Origin: Mustelus asterias
Taxonomy: Eukaryota
Direction of reading: 5' to 3'
Assembly (NCBI RefSeq): GCF_964213995.1
Contig: NC_135825.1
Location: 12,586,001-12,650,000 of the forward strand
DNA: 64,000 nt
The notes below the pieces were generated by a model. That model ran no database searches, was not told the origin of the DNA, and saw nothing but the letters and a program-made list of their open reading frames with translations. Positions 47,231-59,134 of this stretch are shown in pieces. Positions within the stretch are counted from its first letter, which is position 1. Every line of letters begins with the position of its first letter. The position numbers and the translations under genes are program-made.

Positions 47231-49223
47231 TTCAGCAACTGCTCTTTAGGGTCCTCCTCCTTCACGTATTGTGTCTTGACAGGGCATTGGTGACCAGGGG
47301 CTTCCATTGGATTCCTAGATTCTCCTTCAGGCTGAAGTGTTTTGCCATTACCTTCTGCAGAATGGCCGCCAGGAAACTTTCCCACTTTTGTTGCCTGCTG
47401 TCACGCATATTGGAGGAATTTACAGGCTGTTAACTAACCTGTTTGGCCACGCTCTGAACTTTGCCATCATGTCCTAGAGTGGGACTTGAACCCAAAGTTC
47501 CTGGCCCAGAGGTAGGGATGCTAGCCATTGCATCACAAGACCACCGTCCCTCTTTAAGATCAGGTTATTGAAATCGATAGTATGAGGAAAGATTGTGAGT
47601 GGGTAAGAGAAATAAATGCCCGGTTGGGCATTGCCGATAAGGAGTGCCCACTCACAGTGTAATGGTCTGCCCTTGATACTCCATATCTTAATATCCTAGA
47701 ATCAGAAGGTTGAATTTTATTTCAGAGGCTAATGTCCCACGACCAGGGCTGAAAGTGAGAGGCGAACCTGCTTGGGCTGGTGGCATCCTGGCAATAGCCA
47801 ATTAAATGGCCACCACTGGGGCTGATATCCATAGTAAACCCACTAAAACCGTCGTCCAAACCAGGAAGCCAGCAGCTCAGACGCCTCAACAGCGCCACTA
47901 GTGGCAGTGGCCATTAATGGCGCTGCACCTGGAGGATGAGGGCACATCGCTGGCCATGTGCAAAGACAGGAAAATGGTGCCTGGGCATGCCAGTATCAGG
48001 CTGGCAGGCAGGTCCTGACAGGATCAGTGGGAGGGGGGAGTTCACAGAGGGCAGGCAACAACCCCGGCTACTGGATGGGGGAGGCTCATGGAGTTTCCAA
48101 AAATATGTCCCCACAAGCCAATAGGAGACCACCAGGTTGCTGTGGATCACCTCTCATTTCGGCAGTCTATCCCTGGATGCTGGTAAAATGCCTGTGGAGG
48201 AGGGAAAAGGCCTTTAATTGGCTACTTAAGTAGCTAAACTGGACTCCCAGTTGGCATTGCATGTGCCAACCTTTCTGCCACTGACAAAATGGTCTTTTGG
48301 TGTCAAGGGGTAGGGGAGAGAGTATGGCACAGAGATAGAGAATCAGTCACGACCATATTGAATGGTGGAGCAGGTTAGAGGGGCCGAGTGGCCTACTCAT
48401 GCTGCTATTTTCCATGTTTCTAAAATCATCAGGCATAGGCCCCACAGCATCCTGTGCCATTTTGCCGGCCTCCTTGCTTCCCAGCGCATTGTCAAGGGCG
48501 GGTAAAATTCTAACCATAATATAAGCACAGAAGAAGGCCAACCAGCTGGCTACATTTTACTGATCTGTGTGCAGGGATCCAGAGAGAAAGATCTCCAATT
48601 ACAGATTCCATGAGGCAAACCGTGAGCCATAGGAACTGCAAGAAGCAATACCTTAGACTAGAGTTGGCTGGACTCAGCTCATTGGGAATCTGAACAATGA
48701 GAGTGAGGCACAGATACAATGAAGTTTTTAAAATTTAAACTTATTTTATTAGTGTCGCAAGTAGGCTGACGTTTACACTGCAATGAAGTTACTGTGAAAA
48801 TCCCCAAGTCGCCGCACTCCGGCGCCTGTTCGGGTACACCGAGGGAGAATTTAGCACGGCCAATGCATCCAACCAGCACGTCTTTCGGACTGTGGGAGGA
48901 AAGCAGAGCATCAAGACAGGGGGGAGAACTCCACACAGACAGCGACCCAAGCCAGGAATCGAACCCAGGTCCCTGGCTTTGTGAGGCAGCAGTGCTAACC
49001 ACTGTGCCACCGTGCTGTGGTATGAACTGTCTTTATTTCAGACTAATATTAATTTCTGAGGACGAAAAATCCAGAAGTCCCTCAGGCCGCATCATTAGAA
49101 TGATCAAAATGGGATAGTATGTTTACGAGTCTTAATGCACATTTTTTAAAGTACTCTTTACCCTATTAAACTGTTAGGTTGATTTATGTTTTCTTGTACT
49201 TGTTATGCTTTCACATTGTACAG

Positions 49224-49556
49224 TTGTTTGGGCTGCATCAAATGGACCGGATGCTGTAAATGGAACGGTGGGACAATCAGTCCATATCAAGTGTCGATAC
49301 GACAAATATTACAGCAATTATCAAAAGTACTGGTGCAAAGGTGATGATCAGGAAGACTGTGCTATTGTGGTGCAAACCCACGGCCCAAAGAAGACAAGTA
49401 CTGATGGGAGAATCACCATTGTCGCTGATGATGAAGCAGGAGAATTTACAGTCACAATGGAACAGTTAACACAGAGCGATGAGGGCTTATACTGGTGTGG
49501 AATTGAAAGATTGTTATGGGACCTCCAAAGTCCTGTGGAACTTAAAATCAATGAAG
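49224..49556 (+). CDS. Exon 2: V-set Ig domain, CD300/pIgR/CMRF35-like
   Basis: Acceptor ttgtacag| at 49223; donor GAAG|gtagg at 49557; phase 1-1, 333 nt. Motifs GQSVHIKC, KYWCKG-x5-C (CX7C second disulfide), FTVTMEQL and DEGLYWCG are typical of CD300/pIgR-type V domains. Confidence 0.93.
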
Positions 49557-50184
49557 GTAGGATCTGAATGGTTTTATTAATTGTGTGCATCTGTAAGCTG
49601 TATAGTTTTATATTGCTTTCAGTACAATTTAGGATATGTTTTTCAACATTTCCAAAGTGGTTTTCAGTGGGAAGTTAGAATTCTGTTAAGGGTAAACCAG
49701 CAGAATGATGCAAAATAACAAATTGGGCTATCTGACCACGTGTCACGGTTGCCCCTCGCTGACTAAAATACTGGGGTTGGGGAGGGGAGCCCACCTACCC
49801 AGCAGAAGATGGCTGACTGGCTATTAATAGACTAAAGGATGAGAATTCCACCCCTCCCTTGGGGAGCTGCTGCCCACTTGTACTTCAGGAGGAGGTTGGA
49901 ACCGGTGAGAGTTTGGGGATCTTGCAGGCACCCGCAGAGGCGCAAGGGGGTTGGAGGGGTGTGAGGGTGGACGGATGGTGTTTGAGAGTCCATGGGAGGG
50001 AAGGAGGGCTGGAGGGGGTGATGGGCGGGGGGGAGGGGGGGTGGAGAAAAACCTTGGGGACCCTATGATGGGCCCAGGAGGGCAAGTTAATGAGGGAGGG
50101 CCCCTGCCCTCCACCAGCTCATACAGGAAAACCTGTTGGCCGCCTGGCCTTAGGTCTTTTCCCTGCCACTGGTTCAATCCTAGT

Positions 50185-50690
50185 CATAGAGTCGTAGAGT
50201 CATAGAGGTTTACAGCATGGAAACAGGCCCTTCGGCCCAAATTGTCCATGCCGCACTTTCTTTTTTAAAACCCCTAAGCTAATCCCAATTGCCCGCATTT
50301 GGCCCATATCCCTCTAAACCCATCGTACCCATGTGACTGTCTAAATGCTTTTTAAAAGACAAAATTGTACCCGCCTCTACTACTACCTCTGGCAGCTTGT
50401 TCCAGTCACTCACCATCCTCTGTGTGAAAGAATTGCCCCTCTGGACACTTTTGTATCTCTCCCCTCTCCCCTTAAACCTATCTCCTCTAGTTTTAGACTC
50501 CCCTACCTTTGGGAAAAGATATTGACTATCTGGCTGATCTGTGCCCCTCATTATTTTATAGACCTCTATAAGATCACCCCTCAGCCTCCTACGCTCCAGA
50601 GAAAAAAGTCCCAGTCTATCCAGCCTCTCCTTATAACTCAATCCATCAAGTCCCGGTAGCATCCTAGTAAATCTTTTCTGCATCCTGGTA
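50185..50690 (-). mobile_element. CR1 3' fragment
   Basis: QKRFTRMLPGL...RLRGDLIEVYKIM. Confidence 0.88.
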
Positions 50691-51751
50691 AATCCCTCCA
50701 GGGTAAGATCTTAAGTGGACACCAATTGCCCACCAAAGGGCCACAGTTGACCCAAAGGCACTAACACTACCCTACCATTGGTAAAATTGCACTGGGGACA
50801 GGGATGGGCAGTGTTGTAATATGCCTTTATTGGGCAGCAGCATGACATCACTAGAAGGGAAGTGTGTCATGGAATCTAGTCTTTCCTGACTTGTCACAAT
50901 GGATTCCATGACAGATGTGGTGAGCCAGCTAAACACCCATTGACTTTGCAGGAAGCAGAAGATCCCACCAGTGGGCGGGGCCAGGCAACTATGGTCTTAG
51001 TTTCACTTTTCCCTCTGAGCAGAGCACAGAACACATGTCTGATGTCTTCAGGTTTTCTACCTTTGTCCAAATATTCTCACTTGCCTCGTCTCAATAAATG
51101 AACCCACAATGTATTTATACAATCCCTTCTGAACGATCAGTGCCTGGATCATTATAACATAACAGACATGGAGGCGGCATGTACACCCCCCACTGCATTG
51201 AAGATACCATTCCCCCCACCCCAACCATCACACCCTCTGGCAAGCGAGCATTAAATTCAACCCAAAGATGTATAATTTTAGTACTAATATACCCATGTAA
51301 TTTTTCACGTTTTTAAATCACAAATTTAGGGAGGCATGGTGGCACAGTGGTTAGCACTGCTGCCTCACAGCACCAGAGACCTGGGTTCAATTCCGGCCTC
51401 GGGTCACTGTCTGTGTGGAGTTTGCATGTTCTCCCTGTGTCTGCGTGGGTTTCCTCCGGGTGCTCCAGTTTCCTCCCACAGTCCAAAGATGTGCGGGTTA
51501 GGTGGATTGGCCATGCTAAATTGACCCTTAGTGTCAGGGGAATGGACAGGATAAATATGTGGGATTACAGGAAGAGGGCCTGGGTGGGATTGTGGTCGGT
51601 GCAGACTCGATGGGCCAAATGGCCTTCTTCTGCACTGTAGGGATTCTATCATTCTATGAAATTGCAAATTTATCTATGATGGTTTAATCAGATGTGTAAC
51701 GCAACTTGGCAGTGCAATCTAACAACAATGAGGTTATATAATTTTTAACAG

Positions 51752-51800
51752 GTCCCAAAGTACTTCTTGCAATCTCTCCATCTGACAAGGAAATTCAAAG
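51752..51800 (+). CDS. Exon 3: short stalk (GPKVLLAISPSDKEIQ)
   Basis: Acceptor atttttaacag| and donor AAG|gtaaat. Phase 1 in and phase 2 out, exactly what bridges the IgV exon to the TM exon without a stop. Confidence 0.7.
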
Positions 51801-52353
51801 GTAAATGTCATGTCTGTTTAAAAAGGCCCAATCTGAACAATTATTCTGTCTCTACGCAATTGTGACTGCACTAAAGAAGGAACACCGAGGAGATTGATGA
51901 GGATGTGGGCCAGGACTGAAGAATGTGCAGTCATGAAGAAAGATTGGGTAGGCCGGCACTGTTTCCCTGGGAACAAAGGAGGCAAAGGGAAGATATAACT
52001 GAGACGTATAAAGTTATGAGGAGCCAGACAGACGGATGAAAAGGATTTATTTCCTTTAGCAGAGAGGCCAAAAAATAAGAGGGCATAGATTCAAAGTAAT
52101 TGGTAGAATTATTCAAGGGGAGGTGAGGAATGATTGTGGGGGTGAATTGACCTCTTGGGAGGATGGTCGAGGCAGAAATTCTCATTGCATCTTAAAAATA
52201 TAGCTGGAAATGGATTTGAAATGGCCTAGCTTACAGGGCTATGGACCAAGAGTTGGAATGTGGCATTAGGCTGAGAACACTCATTTTCGGGGCAGGCACA
52301 GACATGCCGGGCTGAATGGCCTCCTTCTGTTCCATTTTTCTGTGCAAAAATTG

Positions 52354-52680
52354 TGTAATGTCCCATTGACTGTGTTATGAGAATGCAATGGCTTCAATCA
52401 GGCCATTGAGGTTGGCCTATTGGAATACGAGCTCCCTGATTAAGGGCCCCTAAGTGAATTTGATTTTGTTTATTTGGTTGGAAGCAAAAAGATGTCCCTG
52501 ATTAAGGGCCAAATTGATGGGCCGACCAGGGAGCCTCTTGCCTTGTATTTAACCAGGCGTGTCAGTTCCTCAGGGGGTCCTAGGGTAGACTGCTGACTGA
52601 AAGCACTCTGTATGCCGTTGTCAGACTTGTAAATAAAGGGATTTTAGTGAAGGGACTTCTGCCTCTGATGTCTTATTACA
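52354..52680 (+). mobile_element. Possible solo LTR
   Basis: TGTAAT...ATTACA termini with internal AATAAA; no TSD seen. Confidence 0.45.
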
Positions 52681-53522
52681 GAGAGGTATTAAATTGTTTT
52701 TCTGGCAAGGTGCAGGCTGCCTTGAGAGTAGGATTTCAATATGATGAAGACAAATGCATTTTGGACACTCATGCCACAACTGTAAGCAGATATTTGTGAC
52801 TCTGCAATAATGTAATATGTGCAACATTGAACTGGCAGCTAGTTCTACATCTCCTGCTAAAGTCAATGAAAATAAAAGTCAGGAGAGATGGCACTATCAG
52901 TTGGCTGCCTCTTGCATTCTAATGCCAAATAGTTCAAATCCAACCCAGACCCAGAAGTGAGTGCCCTGTTACACCATGGATATATTTTTGTCATTCTTTA
53001 ACCACCAAAATCCACAACCCATTGCATTTGGAAGAATTTCCAGGACACTTATTGTTTTGTTCATTCTTTTATGGGATGTGGTCATCCCTGGCAAGCCCAG
53101 CATTTGTTGTCCATCCCTAATTACCCTTGGACCAGGTCAGTTCAGAGGGCAGTTAGCGGTCAACCACATTGCTGTGGATCTGGAGTCACATGTAGGCCAG
53201 ACTGGGTAAGGATGGCAGATTTCCTTCCCTAAACGATAATAGTGAACCAAATGGTTTTTTTTGCAACCATCAATGATTGTTTCATGGTCACCATTGCTAA
53301 GACCAGCTTTCAATTCCAGAATTTATTAATTGAATTGTGATTCCTTCCTTCGCTTTACCGATGATCAAAGGTAGGCTGATTGATCAGGTTGGATTTGTCC
53401 TGCTTTTTGTGTACAGGAGATACCTGGGCAATTTTCCACATGACTGGGTAGATGTCAGTGTTGTAGCTGCACTGGAACATCTTGGCAAGGCAATTTTGAT
53501 TTGATTTGATTTATTATTGTCA

Positions 53523-54197
53523 CATAAGAACATAAGAACATAAGAAATAGGAGCAGGAGTAGGCCATCTAGCCCCTCGAGCCTGCCCCGCCATTCAATAA
53601 GATCATGGCTGATCTGAAGTGGATCAGTTCCACTTACCCGCCTGATCCCCATAACCCCTAATTCCCTTACCGATCAGGAATCCATCTGTCCGTGATTTAA
53701 ACATATTCAACGAGGTAGCCTCCACCACTTCAGTGGGCAGAGAATTCCAGAGATTCACCACCCTCTGAGAGAAGAAGTTCCTCCTCAACTCTGTCCTAAA
53801 CTGACCCCCCTTTATTTTGAGGCTGTGCCCTCTAGTTCTAGCTTCCTTTCTAAGTGGAAAGAATCTCTCCACCTCTACCCTATCCAGCCCCTTCCTTATC
53901 TTATACGTCTCTATAAGATCCCCCCTCAGCCTTCTAAATTCCAACGAGTACAAACCCAATCTGCTCAGTCTCTCCTCATAATCAACATCCCTCATCTCCG
54001 GTATCAACCTGGTGAACCTTCTCTGCACTCCCTCCAAGGCCAATATATCCTTCCGCAAATAAGGGGACCAATACTGCACACAGTATTCCAGCTATGGCCT
54101 CACCAATGCCCTGTACAGATGCAGCAAGACATCTCTGCTTTTATATTCTATCCCCCTTGCGATATAGGCCAACATCCCATTTGCCTTCTTGATCACA
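53523..54197 (-). mobile_element. Young CR1 3' fragment
   Basis: ORF 53624-54079, (CATAAGAA)n tail; nearly identical to 63563-64000. Confidence 0.92.
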
Positions 54198-54199
54198 TG

Positions 54200-54665
54200 T
54201 ATTAGTATACAGTGAAAAGTATTGTTTCTTGCACGCGATACAGACAAGGTATATCGTTCATAGAGAAGGAAAGGAGAGAGTGCAGAATGTAGTGTTAGTC
54301 ATCGCTAAGGTGTAGAGAAAGATCAACTTCATGCGAGGTAGGTCCATTCAAAAGTTTGATGGCAGCAGGGAAGAAGCTGTTCTTGAGTCGGTTGGTACGT
54401 GACCTCAGACTTTTGTATCTTTTTCCTGATGGAAGAAGGTGGAAGAGAGAATGTCCGGGGTACTTAATTATGCTGGCTGCTTTTCCGAGGCAGCGGCAAG
54501 TGTAGATAGTGTCAGTGGGTGGAAGGCTGGTTTGCGTGATGGATTGGGCTACATTCACGACCCTTGTCTTGCGGTCTTGGGCAGAGCTGGAGTCATACCA
54601 AGCTGTGATACAACCAGAAAGAATGCTTTCTATGATGCATCTGTAGAAGTTGGTGAGAGTTGGAG
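54200..54665 (-). mobile_element. Rex1/Babar-type 3' fragment
   Basis: FYRCIIESILSGCITAWY...RLKNSFFP; same family as 16815-17370. Confidence 0.8.
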
Positions 54666-54669
54666 AGAA

Positions 54670-55140
54670 TCTTGGAGCCTTCAGTACTACTGCTGAAATA
54701 TTGTCAGGACCCATTTCCTTTGCAGTATTCAGTGCCCTCAGCCGTTTCTTGATACCATGTGGAGTGAATCGAATTGGTTGAAGACTGACATCTGAGATGC
54801 TGGAGACCTCCAGAGCAGGCTGAGATGGATCTTCCACTCAGTACTTCTGGCTGAAGATTATGACAGATGTTTCAGCCTTATCCTTTTGGTGCTCCCAATA
54901 TTGAGGTTGAGGATATGAGAGTCCTCCAGTGCGTTGTTTAATTGTCCACCACCATTCACGGCTGGATGTGGCAGGGCTGCAGAGCTCAGATCTGATCCAT
55001 TGGTTGTGGAATTGCTTAGCTTTGTCTATTGCTGGCTGCTTATGTTGTTTGGAACGCGAGTAGTCCTGTTTGGTAGCTTCACCAGGTCGGCAGTTCATTT
55101 TTAGGTATGTCTGGTGTTTCTCCTGGCATGTCCTGTTGCA
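54670..55140 (-). mobile_element. Non-LTR retrotransposon ORF2 fragment (host of the nested CR1 and Rex1 insertions)
   Basis: LCSPATSSREWWWTIKQ and KEMGPDNISAVVLK pre-RT motifs; clade not resolved. Confidence 0.65.
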
Positions 55141-55204
55141 TTGAACCCCTCTTATTGATCTGTCTGCTGAGTGAAATAGCTCCGTCAACATCTGTGGAGA
55201 GAAG

Positions 55205-55330
55205 GGACAGGATTTTCCAGCCAGATCATTGAGATTGTCTGGTCCAGCTGAAAGACAGTGGATTTTTGGCTGAGCTACCAAGTCCCCTGCGGCAGTGGGT
55301 TCAGCTTGATAAGGCCAGAAAATCCCGGCC
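55205..55330. mobile_element. MITE, PIF/Harbinger-like
   Basis: Imperfect 16-bp TIRs; 3-bp TSD AAG. Confidence 0.6.
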
Positions 55331-55703
55331 AAGATAACCTTTCAGTTCTGATGCAGAGTTTGCATCTGAGACGTTGCACTCAGTTGCTCTTTCCATCACT
55401 GCTGACTGACCTGTTTCCACAGCTTCTGTTTTTGCATCAACATCTTTGCAGAAGGAGATTGTCAGAAGCTGATGTTTTTCTGTCATCACATTACCATATC
55501 TAGTGAGAAAAGGGAACTGGGTATTTGCCACTTCATCGCCCCCTAGGCACAGGCTAGTCCCTGAACGTGAAGCACATTCCAACTCGATACTTCCTATGCA
55601 CTCAGATAATGGATAAACTATCACAGGTCAAAGTGAGTGCAGTTCAGCAATTTGCCAGATGGACCAGAAGCATAGAAGCAGCAAAGACCACAATATTCCA
55701 CCA

Positions 55704-55978
55704 GAGGCACGGTGGCACAGTGGTTAGCACTGCTGCCTCACAGCGCCAGGGACTCGGGTTCGATTCCTGTCTTGGGTCACTGTCTGTGTGGAATCTGCCT
55801 TTGCCTGCATGGGTTTCCTCCCACAGTCCAAAAGACGTGCTGGATAGATGCATCGGCCATGCTAAATTCTCCCTCAGTGTACCCGAACAGGCGCCAAAGT
55901 GTGGCGACTAGGGGATTTTCACAGTAACTTCATTGCAGTGTTAATGTAAGCCTACTTGTGACTCTGATAACTTTAACT
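55704..55978 (+). mobile_element. HE1-related V-SINE with alternative 3' tail (type B), representative copy
   Basis: HE1 head and core, but tail ...gtggcgactaggggattttcacagtaacttcattgcagtgttaatgtaagcctacttgtgac. Copies at ~7915, 12221, 13340, 18495, 24182, 28420, 31433, 32315, 32935, 40878, 43510, 48735, 58799, 59762 and 61636. Confidence 0.85.
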
Positions 55979-56069
55979 TGAGCGTAACCAAATGATTCAC
56001 ATGTTGAAGTTAACTCCATAGATTCAGGAATCAATTTTGATGAAACCATTTTGCCTCCTATCTTCATAG

Positions 56070-56169
56070 GCAGAAGAATTACCTGTACTATTTCATATGG
56101 AGTGTTTTACGTTGGATCTTCCTCGCCATTCTCCTCCTTTGGGCCATTTTAGCCAAACTGAAAATGTAA
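56070..56169 (+). CDS. Exon 4: transmembrane helix with intramembrane Arg and a ~4-residue tail
   Basis: Acceptor cctcctatcttcatag| (phase 2). Encodes RQKNYLYYFIWSVLRWIFLAILLLWAILAKLKM*, with Arg codon CGT at 56110-56112 and TAA at 56167-56169. Donor GTAAGT follows at 56175. Confidence 0.82.
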
Positions 56170-56840
56170 AACCGGTAAGTTGTTCTGTGCATTTAGGCAC
56201 AAGCTATTTAGAAAGGTTGTTTATAATCTGCTCATTATAAATACTTCAGAAAGGATAGCAGGATAAGAACAAAATGGCCAGTGTTTTACAGCCCGTCCCA
56301 CTTGACGGGGTCCGACCAAACTATAAAATTATGAGAGGCACAGATAGGGTTGACACAGAGTGGTAGGTGTCCGGAATGCGCTGCCTGGATTGGTGGTGGA
56401 GGCAGATACGATAGGGGTGTTTAAAGGAACTTTTAGATAAGCACATGAATATGCAAGTAATAGAGGGATTTCTGTGGGAGGAAAACAGAGCACATGGAGG
56501 AAACCCACACAGATATCGGGAGAACATGCAAACTTCATGCAGTCACCCAAGGCCAGAATTGAACCCGGGTCCCTGGCACTGTGAGGCAGCAGTGCTAACC
56601 ACTGTGCCACCGTGCCACTCTGGGATCAAGCCCGGGAAGTGGTGCAATGACTCATCCTGTCAGCTTGGATCCTATTTGATTGGGCCCAAGATGGGATGCA
56701 AAGTCTTGTTTGTCCCACATGTGGGGGGACCATGATTTGACTTAATTTGAATTGGCTTTTCTGATTAGAAATAAAGTACTGAAGGACTTCATTATCAGCT
56801 GCTTTAGCTGGGGTCTCTGAATTTGACTATGCGTGCAGAT

Positions 56841-57096
56841 TGTGGTAAACCACTGTTATCTGTTATCTGTGGTGGTTAACCACTGTGGTTAGTATTTCTC
56901 AGTGCCTGTATATGTGGCACATCCCTGTCGGTTCCGCCCAAGTCTCCTCCCCCTGGTCTGGGTATAAAGGCGGTGGCTCCACCCCCCTGGCTCTCAGTTC
57001 AGACCAGATCACCGACAGGGATGGCTCCAAGTTCTTGCCAATAAAAGCCTATTTGTCTTGCTCTCAACTAGTCTCGGCTCGATTGATAGTGCATCA
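56841..57096 (+). mobile_element. Solo LTR (subfamily A)
   Basis: TGTGGT...GCATCA, GGTATAAA, AATAAA at 57040-57045, 5-bp TSD CAGAT. Confidence 0.87.
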
Positions 57097-57862
57097 CAGA
57101 TGTTTCCTGAGTTTTGCAAAATATACTGAGGAAACCAAGCAAGGGGACTTTGAGGGGGCTGAACGAGTGACGGGCTAGCAATCCTTTAAGTACTAAGATC
57201 TCACACCCACTTCCTTGTCTACGTGAAAGCCTTTAACATACGGGTCTGTCCTGAGAGTGTGTTTTCACTGTTCTAGTGGGTACTGGTCATCTCCAGAATG
57301 TGTGGTCTCCTCTGAGGAGTCTTCATCCTCTTTCTGCGCCACATCCTATGGGATGCTTGAAAGTTTTCTGGGAGATGGAAGACATGAATTAGAGCTGTCA
57401 AATAAAGTGTTAAATCATCAATGTGTACGTTATCATATTTGAGTGGCCACTGAGACCAAGTTAACTTAAGTAAGTTTTGTATGGAGTATGACTGTGATTG
57501 TTAATTCTGTCACTGGGTATCTGAAGACCTCTAAGTCTCCAGATGGTCTGACACATTGACACTCAGCTTATCGCCAGTGACTCCTCGTCAGAAGCTGTCA
57601 GTACGCAGATTGTCGGAGAGTCACCTCCAGTTTTCTGCCTCTCCCTGGGATTCTGTGATATCTTCTCCTGAAAGGAGGAGGCGAAGTGATCTCTGAGTGT
57701 GAAAAATAGAATACGTAGCGAGGTCGCAAAGCCATTTGTGGAGGATCACGGCGAGGGATGGGTGTGACGTTGTATTATGATGGGGGTGAGATTCAGTGAT
57801 GAATGGTCAGATGGGAAGGTGGGGAGGTGCGTAGACAGAGAGGGGTGGGTAGGCTTGGAAAG

Positions 57863-58066
57863 TAAGAAGTCTCACAACACCAGGTTAAAGTCCAACAGGT
57901 TTATTTGGTAGCAAATACCATAAGCTTTCGGAGCACAGCTCCTTCGTCAGATGGAGTGGATATCTGTTTGCAACAGATATCCACTCCATCTGACGAAGGA
58001 GCTGTGCTCCGAAAGCTTATGGTATTTGCTACCAAATAAACCTGTTGGACTTTAACCTGGTGTTGA
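57863..58066. mobile_element. Foldback Penelope-derived insertion (perfect 94-bp-arm hairpin)
   Basis: Arms 57875-57968 and 57972-58065; TSD taggcttggaaag / tagacttggaaag. Confidence 0.9.
57986..58022 (+). ncRNA. Minimal hammerhead ribozyme (mirror copy at 57918-57954, minus)
   Basis: CCAU-CUGACGA-A-GGAGC-UGU-GCUCC-GAA-AGCU-U-AUGG. Confidence 0.75.
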
Positions 58067-59134
58067 TAGACTTGGAAAGGCAGAGAGTAAGAAGGGTTGG
58101 GGTAAGGTGTAGATCAGGGTATATTTGAATGTGCCGTGTCACTCACCTTCCTGACCTGCCTTGACCATTAAGCCACTCCCAGCAGAAGGAGGGTCCTGGG
58201 CCTGTTCACCTCCTCAGTGACTTTTAACCACACCTCTACACCAGTCTTCTTCCTCCCATCAGCAAGTAACAGAAACTCACTGTGGGTGGGTCCCTTACAA
58301 CATAAAGCAGGGAAGCAACAGCAAAGTTTGACATTGCCTTGCAACATTGTGGGCCCGTAGCTCCAGCTTCTGATTCTGTTTCAGCCCCTGTACAATGGCT
58401 TCATGTCACACCCTCTGAGGATCCTGCTAAATAGTTGAGCTGAAAAGGTCAGATTCAGCTCATCGCCACGCCCATCTCGGGCTAATTGTTGGCAAATCTG
58501 GAAGTCAGATGATAGTATCATGGCTGCTTTGAGAATCTACTGACAAAGAGGTTTCCGAAACTTCCTGACACACAGCTGAGTTCTGCTGTATTAACTCTGC
58601 ACTTTGACCCAGTTTCAGTGGAGTACTGCCACGATAGGGTTGCTTAATATGATACACAGAGAAGGAAGGAAAGGTTCTCATGGGCGAGCAAGTTGGTTTC
58701 TATCTTTGATAAGCACAGAAAAAAAAAGAACTTACAATTTGTGAATTGTGTTACATTTAAAACTGATTCTTTCTTTCTCTTAACACATTTCCTTAATTGG
58801 GCAGCAAGGTGGCACAGTGGTTAACACTGCCGCCTCACAGTGCCAGGGATCCAGGTTCAATTCCCAGCTTGGATCACGTAGAGTCTGCACATTCTCCCAG
58901 TGTCTGTGTGGGTTTCCTCTGGGTGCTCCTGTTTCCTCCCACATCCGAAAGAGGTGCTGGTTAGGTGCTAAATTCTCATTCAGTGTACCCAAACACCCAC
59001 CTGGAGTGTGGTGACTAGGGGATTTCCACAGTAACTTCATTGCAGTGTTAATGTAAGCCTACTTGTGACACTAATAAATGAATTTTAAACTACAAATTCA
59101 ATCTTCCTTTTAATCAACTGTGTTATAACAAAAG

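Noticed and set aside
49205-49567. ORF-track start and stop as a single-exon secreted Ig protein
   Set aside because: The ATG and final codons lie in intronic sequence outside clear splice sites; the spliced model gives a proper leader.
55346-55500. Alternative TM or stalk exon after ctttcag
   Set aside because: The phase-2 frame hits TGA after ~20 codons with no hydrophobic helix; 56070 fits far better.
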